This document shows positions 19,801 to 27,525 of a DNA stretch of 64,000 bases, in pieces. The position numbers and the translations under genes were made by a program. The notes below the pieces were generated by a model that saw only the letters and a program-made list of their open reading frames with translations, was not told the origin of the DNA and did no database searches. This DNA comes from an uncultured Alphaproteobacteria bacterium (GTDB lineage: Bacteria > Pseudomonadota > Alphaproteobacteria > HIMB59 > GCA-002718135), in NCBI GenBank assembly GCA_902620285.1, contig CACNHT010000001.1:109599-173598 (forward strand), given 5' to 3'. Each line of letters starts with the position of its first letter. The first letter of the stretch is position 1.

Positions 19801-21150
19801 ATGATTTCTAAAAACTCTCTTTTTAATTTAATTTTAATCTTATTATTAACTCCTTTTTCATTTTCACATCTGTACGCCCAAGGAGTTTATGATGGTAAAT
19901 ATAATGCTTCATTTGATTTTAAAATGAGTTCTGCATCAGTTTGTCCAAAAACTTTACCTATTGAAATAGAAATTGTAATTACTGATAGTAAGGCAGAAGG
20001 TTATATTTTCAATAACGGTGGAGGAAACGGACACGCATTTTGTAAGTTATATCATAATGGTCCAATAACAGGGTCAGTTGATAGTGATGGTAAAGTAAAA
20101 TTTAAGATTAAACAAAATGATTCACATTCAAGAGAGTACTCATCTTATAAAATTACAGGAGAATTAGAGGGAAGACTAAAACTATACAGTCGTAGTAGTC
20201 AGTATCATCCTACACATAAATTTACATTAGCAAGGGTTGCAGATACTAAACAGGTTACTCAAAATCAAACTACAGAAGAAAATACAACTAAAGAAGAAAC
20301 TACAAATAGTGATAATCAAAACAAAAACCTCTCATCTTCATCTGGTAGTAATACAATTAATATTGAGAATATAAACAGCATAGAAGATGCTCAAACTTAC
20401 ATCAATGAAATTCAAGCAACTATTAATATGTATTTGACTATTAATAATGTGATGAAAACTAATACTAAAAATAAATCAGAAAAAGAAAAATATAATGATA
20501 TAATAAATAAAAAAATATCATCTCTGATTAAACAAAAAGAACTTCTTCAAAATAAACTTAAATCAAGATTTTCTACACCAATTAAACCAACAAACACTAA
20601 TCTAAATGTTTCTGCTTTTAGATCTGCTGAAACATTTCCAAAAATTCCTTTTTACGTTCCAGGTACAGACGAAATAGGTGAAATGTTAGTTATCCCAAGA
20701 GTATCTGATGAGGGTTTTTTAAAATATCAACTTGATTTTTTAGATCCAACTTCTGAATATGATCAAGTAAGAGACACAATTTCAATTTTTCATGAAAATA
20801 TTGATAAAATAATTTTTGGTTTGAAAAAAGTTGATGAATGGACAGTGGTCGCTCAAGAAAACAAAGTTACTAGAAGAGTTTCAAAAACAGCAGTATGTAT
20901 TCCAGAAGGTTCTTGTGAAAATAAAAAACAAGGAGTATCCTCTACTGAAGTAGTTTTCCAAGTTTATGAAGATGGTTCTACATCAGGAAAAATACAAAGA
21001 AATAAAGGAACATTTTCTGTAGGTTATAATTTATCCGTAGAATCTTCTGTACTTTTATCTGCTTATTTAATTTATATGAGAGATATCGGTGCACAAGAGT
21101 TTAAGATTGGTTCAATGAGTGATGAACAGGTCGAGGAATTATTTAATTAG
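19801..21150 (+). CDS. hypothetical secreted/envelope protein (449 aa), cargo of module 1
   Basis: Signal-peptide-like N-terminus (MISKNSLFNLILILLLTPFSFSHLYA/QG), a Cys-containing N-domain, a T/N/E/S-rich low-complexity linker, a K/N-rich probable coiled coil and a C-terminal domain. I recognise no family motif. Confidence 0.75.
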   Translation: MISKNSLFNLILILLLTPFSFSHLYAQGVYDGKYNASFDFKMSSASVCPKTLPIEIEIVITDSKAEGYIFNNGGGNGHAFCKLYHNGPITGSVDSDGKVKFKIKQNDSHSREYSSYKITGELEGRLKLYSRSSQYHPTHKFTLARVADTKQVTQNQTTEENTTKEETTNSDNQNKNLSSSSGSNTINIENINSIEDAQTYINEIQATINMYLTINNVMKTNTKNKSEKEKYNDIINKKISSLIKQKELLQNKLKSRFSTPIKPTNTNLNVSAFRSAETFPKIPFYVPGTDEIGEMLVIPRVSDEGFLKYQLDFLDPTSEYDQVRDTISIFHENIDKIIFGLKKVDEWTVVAQENKVTRRVSKTAVCIPEGSCENKKQGVSSTEVVFQVYEDGSTSGKIQRNKGTFSVGYNLSVESSVLLSAYLIYMRDIGAQEFKIGSMSDEQVEELFN

Positions 21151-21226
21151 AACTTTACACTAAACTTACACTAAACTTTTTTTACGAATTTTGACTGTCT
21201 GTATAGAGAATTAGAAATCATACAAC
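21151..21226 (+). repeat. conserved junction arm, copy A (TACACTAAA x2 ... gaattttgactgtctgtatagagaattagaaatca)
   Basis: Gap-free alignment to 21711-21785 with 7 mismatches over about 71 nt, counted by hand from the first TACACTAAA. It immediately precedes the tRNA-half repeat. Confidence 0.85.
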
Positions 21227-21287
21227 TTCCGAAGACACGTGTGATATCCATTTCACCACGAGACCCCTTGGTTTTTTTAAATGTTTT
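21227..21287 (-). repeat. tRNA-Arg 5'-half repeat, copy 2 (39 nt of tRNA + 22 nt of upstream flank)
   Basis: 60/61 identical to 19653-19713. Starts in the anticodon loop (ttccgaag) and runs through the tRNA 5' end into ccttggttttttta. Confidence 0.9.
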
Positions 21288-21289
21288 AA

Positions 21290-21655
21290 CTAGTAATTAT
21301 TATTTTCATTAACACTTTTTGTACATGCCCAAATAATAAACCATATACTTCCAACCACAAATATACTTGTTACCATGATTGGAACTAACCACCATCCAGA
21401 TCTATTTATATCGTGTAATCTTCTACAAGCAACAGCATAGGTTGGAATTGTAATAGCAATATACGGAATGATAAAAATTAGACTACCAAGAGTTTCAATT
21501 AACTCAATTGGTACTATGGTGAATAATAAAAATGGATAAGCAAACAGAATAATAATAATAAATAATTGAAAATACCAAAATTCTGAACGACTCGCTCTAC
21601 CTGAAAAGGTTGTATATTTTTTTAAACAAGTTGTGATTGCTTCAAAAAAACCCAT
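21290..21655 (-). CDS. DUF805-family small inner-membrane protein, cargo of module 2
   Basis: 121 aa. GRASRSEFW and RRLHD.NRSGWW motifs plus 3-4 TM helices, typical of the DUF805 (YhaH/YhaI-like) family. Confidence 0.8.
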   Translation of the reverse strand: MGFFEAITTCLKKYTTFSGRASRSEFWYFQLFIIIILFAYPFLLFTIVPIELIETLGSLIFIIPYIAITIPTYAVACRRLHDINRSGWWLVPIMVTSIFVVGSIWFIIWACTKSVNENNNY

Positions 21656-21710
21656 ATTATAAATATATTACAAATTTGTTTATTTATAAATTAAAAATTA
21701 ACTTCTAAAA

Positions 21711-21785
21711 ATTCTACACTAAAGTTACACTAAACCTTTTTTATGAATTTTGACTGTTTGTATAGAGAATTTGAAATCAAACTAC
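21711..21785 (+). repeat. conserved junction arm, copy B
   Basis: See 21151-21226. Carries TACACTAAA at 21715 and 21726. Confidence 0.85.
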
Positions 21786-21824
21786 TTCCGAAGACACGTG
21801 TGATATCCATTTCACCACGAGGCC
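21786..21824 (-). repeat. tRNA-Arg 5'-half repeat, copy 3 (distal boundary of the array)
   Basis: 38/39 identical to 19653-19691. The single A-to-G change at 21822 falls in acceptor-stem position 3. The downstream flank (atttattataatt) is unrelated to the ccttgg flank of copies 1 and 2. Confidence 0.9.
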
Positions 21825-21835
21825 ATTTATTATAA

Positions 21836-22762
21836 TTATTTATTATTGAAATTTTCTAATTTTTGAATGAAATCTTTGAGAATAGGATCTCTTTTTATTT
21901 CATAGACAACTTTAATTGGGTGCCTATTTTTATCTGAAGCCCATTTCATATCATCTAAAAGAATTGGAGATGGAATTGTGTTAGTTGGTGCCCAGTCTTC
22001 GTTTAAGACATAACCAACAGCTGCCATATCCCAAATTTCTTTTGACCAACCTTTATGGATACTATTGTACTCTTTAAATCGCATTGCAAGAAATTTACCA
22101 ATTTCACCATGAGGTTCTATGTATTTTTCTATTTCTGGAACTGTTGAAATAAGATGTGAAGTTACTCCCTTACAAGGAACCATAACCAGAGAAACGCCGC
22201 TATCAAATAAAACTTGAGCACCTCCAATATCTTGCTTTAGATTAAATTCCATATTTTGTGGCCAATAAAGCGCGTTACCTCCCAACCAAACTACAACAAT
22301 TTTTTTTATAATTTCTGGCTCTTTTAACAAAGCAGAGGCAACATTTGAAATAGCGCCGATAGCTAGTACGTACAGAGGATCTTCCTCAGAACATTTTAAA
22401 GCACTTTCTATGATATTATCTGCTGCAGGCGAATTAATTGGTTTTTTTTCAAAACCTACATATTTTGTTGAGCCTTTAAAAACAAAATTATTTTTTTTAA
22501 AATTTATTTTTTCTAACAATCTATAGATTTCATCATAACTAAGTTCCATTCCCTTTTCTGGATTATCCGAACGATTATTCATTGAAAAAGGAGCTGCATT
22601 TATACTTTGCACTTCTATTTTTTCTTTTGAAAACAACATTTGCACTAAAGCAAATTGATCATCAATTTCATTGTAAGTATCTGTATCAAGAATTGCTTTA
22701 ATTTTCCCTTTTTTAAACTTAAGTTGTTTTAAAATATCTGAAAAATTTCTTTCTAAAAGCAT
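21836..22762 (-). CDS. inosine/uridine-preferring nucleoside hydrolase family protein
   Basis: 308 aa. N-terminal Asp cluster (I)LDTD...E(I)DD.FAL, typical of the IUNH fold. Confidence 0.75.
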   Translation of the reverse strand: MLLERNFSDILKQLKFKKGKIKAILDTDTYNEIDDQFALVQMLFSKEKIEVQSINAAPFSMNNRSDNPEKGMELSYDEIYRLLEKINFKKNNFVFKGSTKYVGFEKKPINSPAADNIIESALKCSEEDPLYVLAIGAISNVASALLKEPEIIKKIVVVWLGGNALYWPQNMEFNLKQDIGGAQVLFDSGVSLVMVPCKGVTSHLISTVPEIEKYIEPHGEIGKFLAMRFKEYNSIHKGWSKEIWDMAAVGYVLNEDWAPTNTIPSPILLDDMKWASDKNRHPIKVVYEIKRDPILKDFIQKLENFNNK

Positions 22763-22770
22763 ATCTTAAT

Positions 22771-23364
22771 TTACCAAGAACTGTTTGGTTGTGTTAAAAA
22801 TACCTCTTCTTCATTTGTTGATTTTCTATTTAGTATTTTATTTCTATGCGGATACCTTCCAAATTTTTTAATTGCCACGCTATGGTCGTCCCAAGCTTTT
22901 TTAATATTAGTATATTCTGAATGATTATTTAAATATTGATCGACTAATTTATGACCAATTTCATGATCCATGATATCCTCACTATGAATTAATGGCAGTA
23001 ATAAAAAATGTATTTTATCAATTTCTAGGCTATCTAAATATCTTTTATTTATTGCTTCTTTAACAATTAAAACACACTTAGTATCCTGGTCATAAGCTTT
23101 TGAATTATTTCTGAAAAAATTTCTTGATAGTTGATCAAGTAATATAATCAAAGCTACACATTCTTCAGCATCATTTCTCCAATTATCATACTCATTATTA
23201 ATAGCCTTAATGTAATCATCCATAAAACTACTTTTCAAAATATTATCAAATTCATCATCTTTTTTAAACCACTGCTCAAGTGGAGTTTTGATGAAACAAA
23301 ATTCTAGAATAGCTTTAGCTCTTTCATTAATCACAGAGCTGTAATATAAATATATATCTTCCAA
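22771..23364 (-). CDS. DUF924 family protein
   Basis: 197 aa. C-terminal FGR(Y/F)PHRN.IL.R.ST.EE..FL signature of DUF924. Confidence 0.75.
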   Translation of the reverse strand: MEDIYLYYSSVINERAKAILEFCFIKTPLEQWFKKDDEFDNILKSSFMDDYIKAINNEYDNWRNDAEECVALIILLDQLSRNFFRNNSKAYDQDTKCVLIVKEAINKRYLDSLEIDKIHFLLLPLIHSEDIMDHEIGHKLVDQYLNNHSEYTNIKKAWDDHSVAIKKFGRYPHRNKILNRKSTNEEEVFLTQPNSSW

Positions 23365-24036
23365 ATGACATTAAGTAATTTAAACAAATCCATTATTCAT
23401 TGCAGAAAGTGTGAACGCTTAGTTAACTTCCGTGAAAAAATTGCTAAAGAAAAAAGAAAACAATATATTGATCAAAGTTATTGGGGTAAGCCAATTACTG
23501 GTTATGGAGATGAAAAAGCTAAATTATTAATGGTAGGTCTTGCGCCAGCAGCACATGGAGGAAATAGAACAGGTCGAGTTTTTACAGGGGATAAATCTGC
23601 AGATTTTTTATTTTCCTGTTTATATAAAACTGGATTTGCAAACCAACCAGATTCAGTAGATAGAGGTGACGGTTTGGAACTTCGAAATATGTACTTAACT
23701 ACTGCTCTTAAATGTGTACCCCCAGAAGATAAACCTACTTCACAAGAATTGAAAACATGTTTTAATTTTTTTAATCAAGAAATTGCTTTCTTAAAAAAAA
23801 TAAAAGTCATTGTTGCCCTTGGTAAAATTGGTCATGATGCCTGTGTAAATTATTATAAGCAACAATATGGAATACGAAATAAAGATTTTATTTTCTCTCA
23901 CGGATCTATGAATATTTTACCCGATAAGAAAATTTTAGTTGGCAGTTATCATCCAAGCCCACGAAATGTTAACACAGGAAGAATAGATAAAAGTAAAATG
24001 GTAAAACTTTTAAATAGTATTAAAAAATTGCTATAA
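23365..24036 (+). CDS. uracil-DNA glycosylase superfamily protein (family 4/5-like)
   Basis: 223 aa. GLAPAAHGGNRTGRVFTGD motif A, HPSPRN motif B and an N-terminal C..C pair. Confidence 0.8.
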   Translation: MTLSNLNKSIIHCRKCERLVNFREKIAKEKRKQYIDQSYWGKPITGYGDEKAKLLMVGLAPAAHGGNRTGRVFTGDKSADFLFSCLYKTGFANQPDSVDRGDGLELRNMYLTTALKCVPPEDKPTSQELKTCFNFFNQEIAFLKKIKVIVALGKIGHDACVNYYKQQYGIRNKDFIFSHGSMNILPDKKILVGSYHPSPRNVNTGRIDKSKMVKLLNSIKKLL

Positions 24037-24042
24037 ACTATA

Positions 24043-25233
24043 ATGAAAAAATTTTTTTTAAATGATCCTAATCTCTTAGTATACGGATTTGCCATGGTCT
24101 TCTTCGCAAGTTTTGGACAGACTTTTTACATTGCATTATTTAACGATGATATTCGAAATCTATATAAAATAACAGATGGTGAGTTTGGATTAGTTTATGC
24201 CATAGCAACGCTTGTAAGTTCATTTTTATTTATAAACTTTGCTAAATTAATAGATAAAATTGATTTAAGATTATACTCAGTAGGTATTATTCTTGGTTTA
24301 GCTTTTGCTTGTATTGGTTTTTATTTTATTTTCGATAATATTTTTCATCTTTTTCTTATTTTATTTTTATTACGTTTTTTTGGGCAAGGGGCTATGACAC
24401 ATGCCGGCTCAACCTCAATGGCGAGATATTTCTTAATTGATAGAGGTAAAGCAATATCAGTTGCAACACTTGGAGGAATGTTAGGCATAATGCTTTTGCC
24501 AAAGATTGTCGTTAATTTGGATTCATACTTTAATTTTAAAACTCTTTGGTTTTTAACAACTTTGACTCTTTTAATCTTAATTCCAATAATATACTTTATT
24601 CTTCATAATCAAAAAAGAAGGGATTCTGCTCTTCAAAAAAATATTGATAATGAGAAAACACATAAAAGTTGGACCATTACAGAAATTTTAAAAGACCGAG
24701 TTTTTTTCATTTATTTTCCATTAGCTGCAGCCTTTCCATTTATTGGTACTGGGTTAATGTTTCATCAGATTTATATTTTTGATGCTAAAGGGTGGACAAT
24801 GGAAATGCTTGGGAACGGTTATATATATTTTGGATTATTTTCTATTTTAGGTTTATTAATAGGAGGACCCTTAATAGATAAGATAAATACAAAGAAAGCA
24901 ATACCTTTTGTGCTATTACCTTTGTTACTCTGTATCACCATTCTTTTTTTCTTTAATAATTTTTGGTCATTCGTGCTTTACATGTCTTTATTTGGATTTA
25001 ACCTAGGTTTATCAGCACCATTTATGGGATCACTCTGGGCAGAAATTTACGGAGTGAAAAGTATTGGGACTGCTAAAGCTTTACTGCACGCAGTTGGGGT
25101 TTTTGCGAGTGCCTTATCGCCTGTAGTTTTTGGTTATATTATTGATTGGGGTTATGGAATATCACTTATATTTTTAATCAGCTCCATTATGATTGTTGTA
25201 TCATCAATTTTACCTATAATTTATAAAACATGA
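24043..25233 (+). CDS. MFS transporter
   Basis: 396 aa, about 12 TM helices with a central charged loop. Confidence 0.75.
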   Translation: MKKFFLNDPNLLVYGFAMVFFASFGQTFYIALFNDDIRNLYKITDGEFGLVYAIATLVSSFLFINFAKLIDKIDLRLYSVGIILGLAFACIGFYFIFDNIFHLFLILFLLRFFGQGAMTHAGSTSMARYFLIDRGKAISVATLGGMLGIMLLPKIVVNLDSYFNFKTLWFLTTLTLLILIPIIYFILHNQKRRDSALQKNIDNEKTHKSWTITEILKDRVFFIYFPLAAAFPFIGTGLMFHQIYIFDAKGWTMEMLGNGYIYFGLFSILGLLIGGPLIDKINTKKAIPFVLLPLLLCITILFFFNNFWSFVLYMSLFGFNLGLSAPFMGSLWAEIYGVKSIGTAKALLHAVGVFASALSPVVFGYIIDWGYGISLIFLISSIMIVVSSILPIIYKT

Positions 25234-25370
25234 ATAAACAAATAATGGAGAGTCTTAATTTTCTAATCAAGGAATATAAAAGATTAAAAAAGAAAAAAGA
25301 AAATAGAAGCATCAGCAATGGTGAACTAGAAACTTTAAAACAACTTGAGCAGTACTTAGGTAAAAAATAA
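25230..25370 (+). CDS. possible 46-aa basic/helical small protein (MNKQIMESLNFLIKEYKRLKKKKENRSISNGELETLKQLEQYLGKK)
   Basis: Hand-translated and absent from the ORF track. The start overlaps the MFS stop (ATGA) and the stop overlaps the zapE start (TAATG), so it exactly fills the gap between the two genes. Confidence 0.4.
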   Translation: MNKQIMESLNFLIKEYKRLKKKKENRSISNGELETLKQLEQYLGKK

Positions 25371-26404
25371 TGTTTAATGTTATTGATCAATACAATAGTT
25401 TTGTTGAAAATAATTTTATTAAAAAAAATAAAGATCAAATTGAATTTTTAAAACAAGCAGATAATGTATGGTCATCTTTTAGTAAAACAAAGTTATTTTT
25501 TAAGGATAAAATTTTCGAAGGAATTTATCTTTATGGTCAAGTTGGAACAGGAAAAACATTTTTATTAAATTTATTTTATCAAAATACTAAGATTGGAAAA
25601 AAAATACATTTTAATAACTTAATGAATGAAATCCATGAACAAGTTAAAAAATCTGAAAATAAAGAACTTGCAATCGAAAACTATGTAAAAAATTTAAGTA
25701 GAGATTACAAAATAATATTTATTGATGAACTACATATTTTTAATATTGTTGACGCACTAATAGTAAAAAAAATATTTATTTATTTTTCTAAATATAAAAT
25801 ATTTGTATTACTGTCGTCAAATTTTCATCCAGATAATTTATATAAAGATGGTTTGCAGAGAAATGACTTTCTACCATTTATTGATTTAGTTAAAAAAAAT
25901 TTTTTTCTTTATGATATTAGTATTAAAACTGATTTTCGTCGACAAACGTTAAATCAATCAAAGACATATTTCACACCTATAACAACTGAAACGTCAAATG
26001 AATTTGAAAAATTATTTAATCGTTTTGTTGATCCCTCTCATTTAACAACTGTAAAAATAAAATCTAAAAGTCGTGAACTAGAGTTTGATAAATGTACATC
26101 AAATCTAATGATGATAGATTTTGAAAATCTTTGTGAAGTAAATTTTGGTAATGAAGATTACAAAAATATTGCAGATAAATTTAAGTTGGTATTTTTAAAA
26201 AATGTTCCTGAATTTGATAATCAGAAAAAAGATGCGTGCAGAAGATTTATTGGATTAATTGATATGTTATATGAAAATAATTGTTCAATAGTAATTTTAG
26301 CTTCAAAACCTATAAATTCATTAAATAATATAAATACTCTAGCAGAAGAATTTAAAAGAACTGCTAGCAGATTATATGAAATGACTATAGTAAAACCAGA
26401 TTGA
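25370..26404 (+). CDS. zapE: ZapE/AFG1-like ATPase
   Basis: 344 aa. (L)YG.VGTGKT(F)L(M/L) Walker A, (I)F(I)DE(L/F)H(I/V).(D/N)I.DA Walker B region. Confidence 0.8.
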   Translation: MFNVIDQYNSFVENNFIKKNKDQIEFLKQADNVWSSFSKTKLFFKDKIFEGIYLYGQVGTGKTFLLNLFYQNTKIGKKIHFNNLMNEIHEQVKKSENKELAIENYVKNLSRDYKIIFIDELHIFNIVDALIVKKIFIYFSKYKIFVLLSSNFHPDNLYKDGLQRNDFLPFIDLVKKNFFLYDISIKTDFRRQTLNQSKTYFTPITTETSNEFEKLFNRFVDPSHLTTVKIKSKSRELEFDKCTSNLMMIDFENLCEVNFGNEDYKNIADKFKLVFLKNVPEFDNQKKDACRRFIGLIDMLYENNCSIVILASKPINSLNNINTLAEEFKRTASRLYEMTIVKPD

Positions 26405-27390
26405 TGAAATACATAATCAGATTTTTAGTAAGCACTGTAGTTTTGTTAACAGTAGTTTATTTTACTGCAGGTTTTTATGTTGCTTATCAAATTTTAAAAA
26501 TAGATCCAACTTGTGGTTTACACGAAGGATCTCTTCCTAATTCATGGAGTACAACAGTTGACTCACATGAATATTCTATTCTTGCACGACAAAAAGTAAG
26601 AGAAAATTTTAAATTTAAAGACTATTATTTAGATGAATGGCAAGATGTATACTTTCAATCTCGTGACTCAGATATTAAGATTAATGGATGGCTGTTTAAT
26701 TATTTTCCAAATAGACCAATTATAATTGTAACACACGGTATAAGCCCGAATGGTAAATGTAAGTCTGAAGCAAATCTTATTGCAAGTTTTTTAGTTAATA
26801 AAAAATTTAATGTTCTTACGATAGATTTAAGAAACTACGGCCAAAGTGATACTGTAAGTAGTTATGATGATTTAGGTTTAAAGTCATATAATGATATTCT
26901 CGGTGCATTTGATTTTTTAAAAAAAATTGGTTTCAAGTCTAATAACATTGGATTACATGGAATATCTCTTGGTGCAAGTACATCTATTTTTGCAGCACAT
27001 GCAGAACCGGAAATACGTGCAGTGTGGGCAGATAGTTCACTTGCTGAATTTAATATGATTTTAAAAGATGAAATAGCAAGATATGGTCTTACTATAGAAT
27101 TTGGGCCAGTAGTTAGTTTAGCTGGAAGAATCTTAACTGGAACAGATCCAAGAGAATTATCTCCAGCTAAAAAATTATCAAAGAACCAATATTATTTTTT
27201 TACTCATGGAGACTCTGATACAAGAATCTTAACAAGACACTTTAATTATTTTAAAGAATACACAAATCAAAATAAAATTAATGCTGAGTTTTGGTTAGTT
27301 GAAAACTCTTATCATGTAGATGCTATGTTTAAATATCCCGAAGTATACTCTAAAAAGATGGAAGAATTTTTTAATAAAAATCTAAAGTAG
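26401..27390 (+). CDS. membrane-anchored alpha/beta hydrolase
   Basis: 329 aa. N-terminal TM helix, GISLGAS nucleophile elbow (GxSxG), HGD.D near the C-terminus. Confidence 0.7.
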   Translation: MMKYIIRFLVSTVVLLTVVYFTAGFYVAYQILKIDPTCGLHEGSLPNSWSTTVDSHEYSILARQKVRENFKFKDYYLDEWQDVYFQSRDSDIKINGWLFNYFPNRPIIIVTHGISPNGKCKSEANLIASFLVNKKFNVLTIDLRNYGQSDTVSSYDDLGLKSYNDILGAFDFLKKIGFKSNNIGLHGISLGASTSIFAAHAEPEIRAVWADSSLAEFNMILKDEIARYGLTIEFGPVVSLAGRILTGTDPRELSPAKKLSKNQYYFFTHGDSDTRILTRHFNYFKEYTNQNKINAEFWLVENSYHVDAMFKYPEVYSKKMEEFFNKNLK

Positions 27391-27525
27391 GCCGGACTCT
27401 AAAACTAGTTTGTACCTTGGCAGACACCTCTCTAGAATAAGAAACTCAACTAATTATCAAACGGCGGGTAAGATAATTAAAATTCTTGGCGTTCCTCCGA
27501 AGCTAAGAAACGAGTATTATCCGGC
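27391..27525. ncRNA. candidate structured RNA, long imperfect hairpin with internal bubble (class and strand undetermined; 6S-like architecture)
   Basis: 135 nt with about 41% G+C by hand count, set in a very AT-rich spacer. Nested helices:
- GCCGGA 27391-96 / UCCGGC 27520-25
- CUC / GAG 27512-14
- CUAGUUU 27405-11 / AAGCUAAG 27500-07
- AGAAU 27434-38 / AUUCU 27482-86
- UAAUUAUC 27451-58 / GAUAAUUA 27472-79. Confidence 0.35.

Larger units (their letters stand above)
19692..21265. mobile_element. cassette-like module 1 (about 1.57 kb): tRNA-upstream flank + TACACTAAA x2 + one secreted-protein gene + conserved arm + tRNA 5'-half repeat
   Basis: Bounded on the left by the intact tRNA 5' end and on the right by a perfect 39-nt copy of the tRNA 5' half (21227-21265). 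No recombinase gene inside. Confidence 0.5.
21266..21824. mobile_element. cassette-like module 2 (about 0.56 kb): flank + DUF805 gene + conserved arm + tRNA 5'-half repeat
   Basis: Same architecture and junction sequences as module 1. Bounded by tRNA-half copies 2 and 3. No recombinase. Confidence 0.5.

Noticed and set aside
19692-21824. Prophage or conventional integrative island at the tRNA.
   Set aside because: The segment has only two ORFs, neither phage-like, and no integrase, excisionase, terminase or capsid genes here or elsewhere in the window. I therefore describe it as cassette-like modules, not a prophage.
21829-21834. TATAAT (minus-strand sense) 4 nt upstream of tRNA-half copy 3, considered as the ancestral tRNA promoter.
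   Set aside because: The spacing would place the transcription start inside the mature tRNA. TATAAT-like hexamers are also abundant in this AT-rich DNA.
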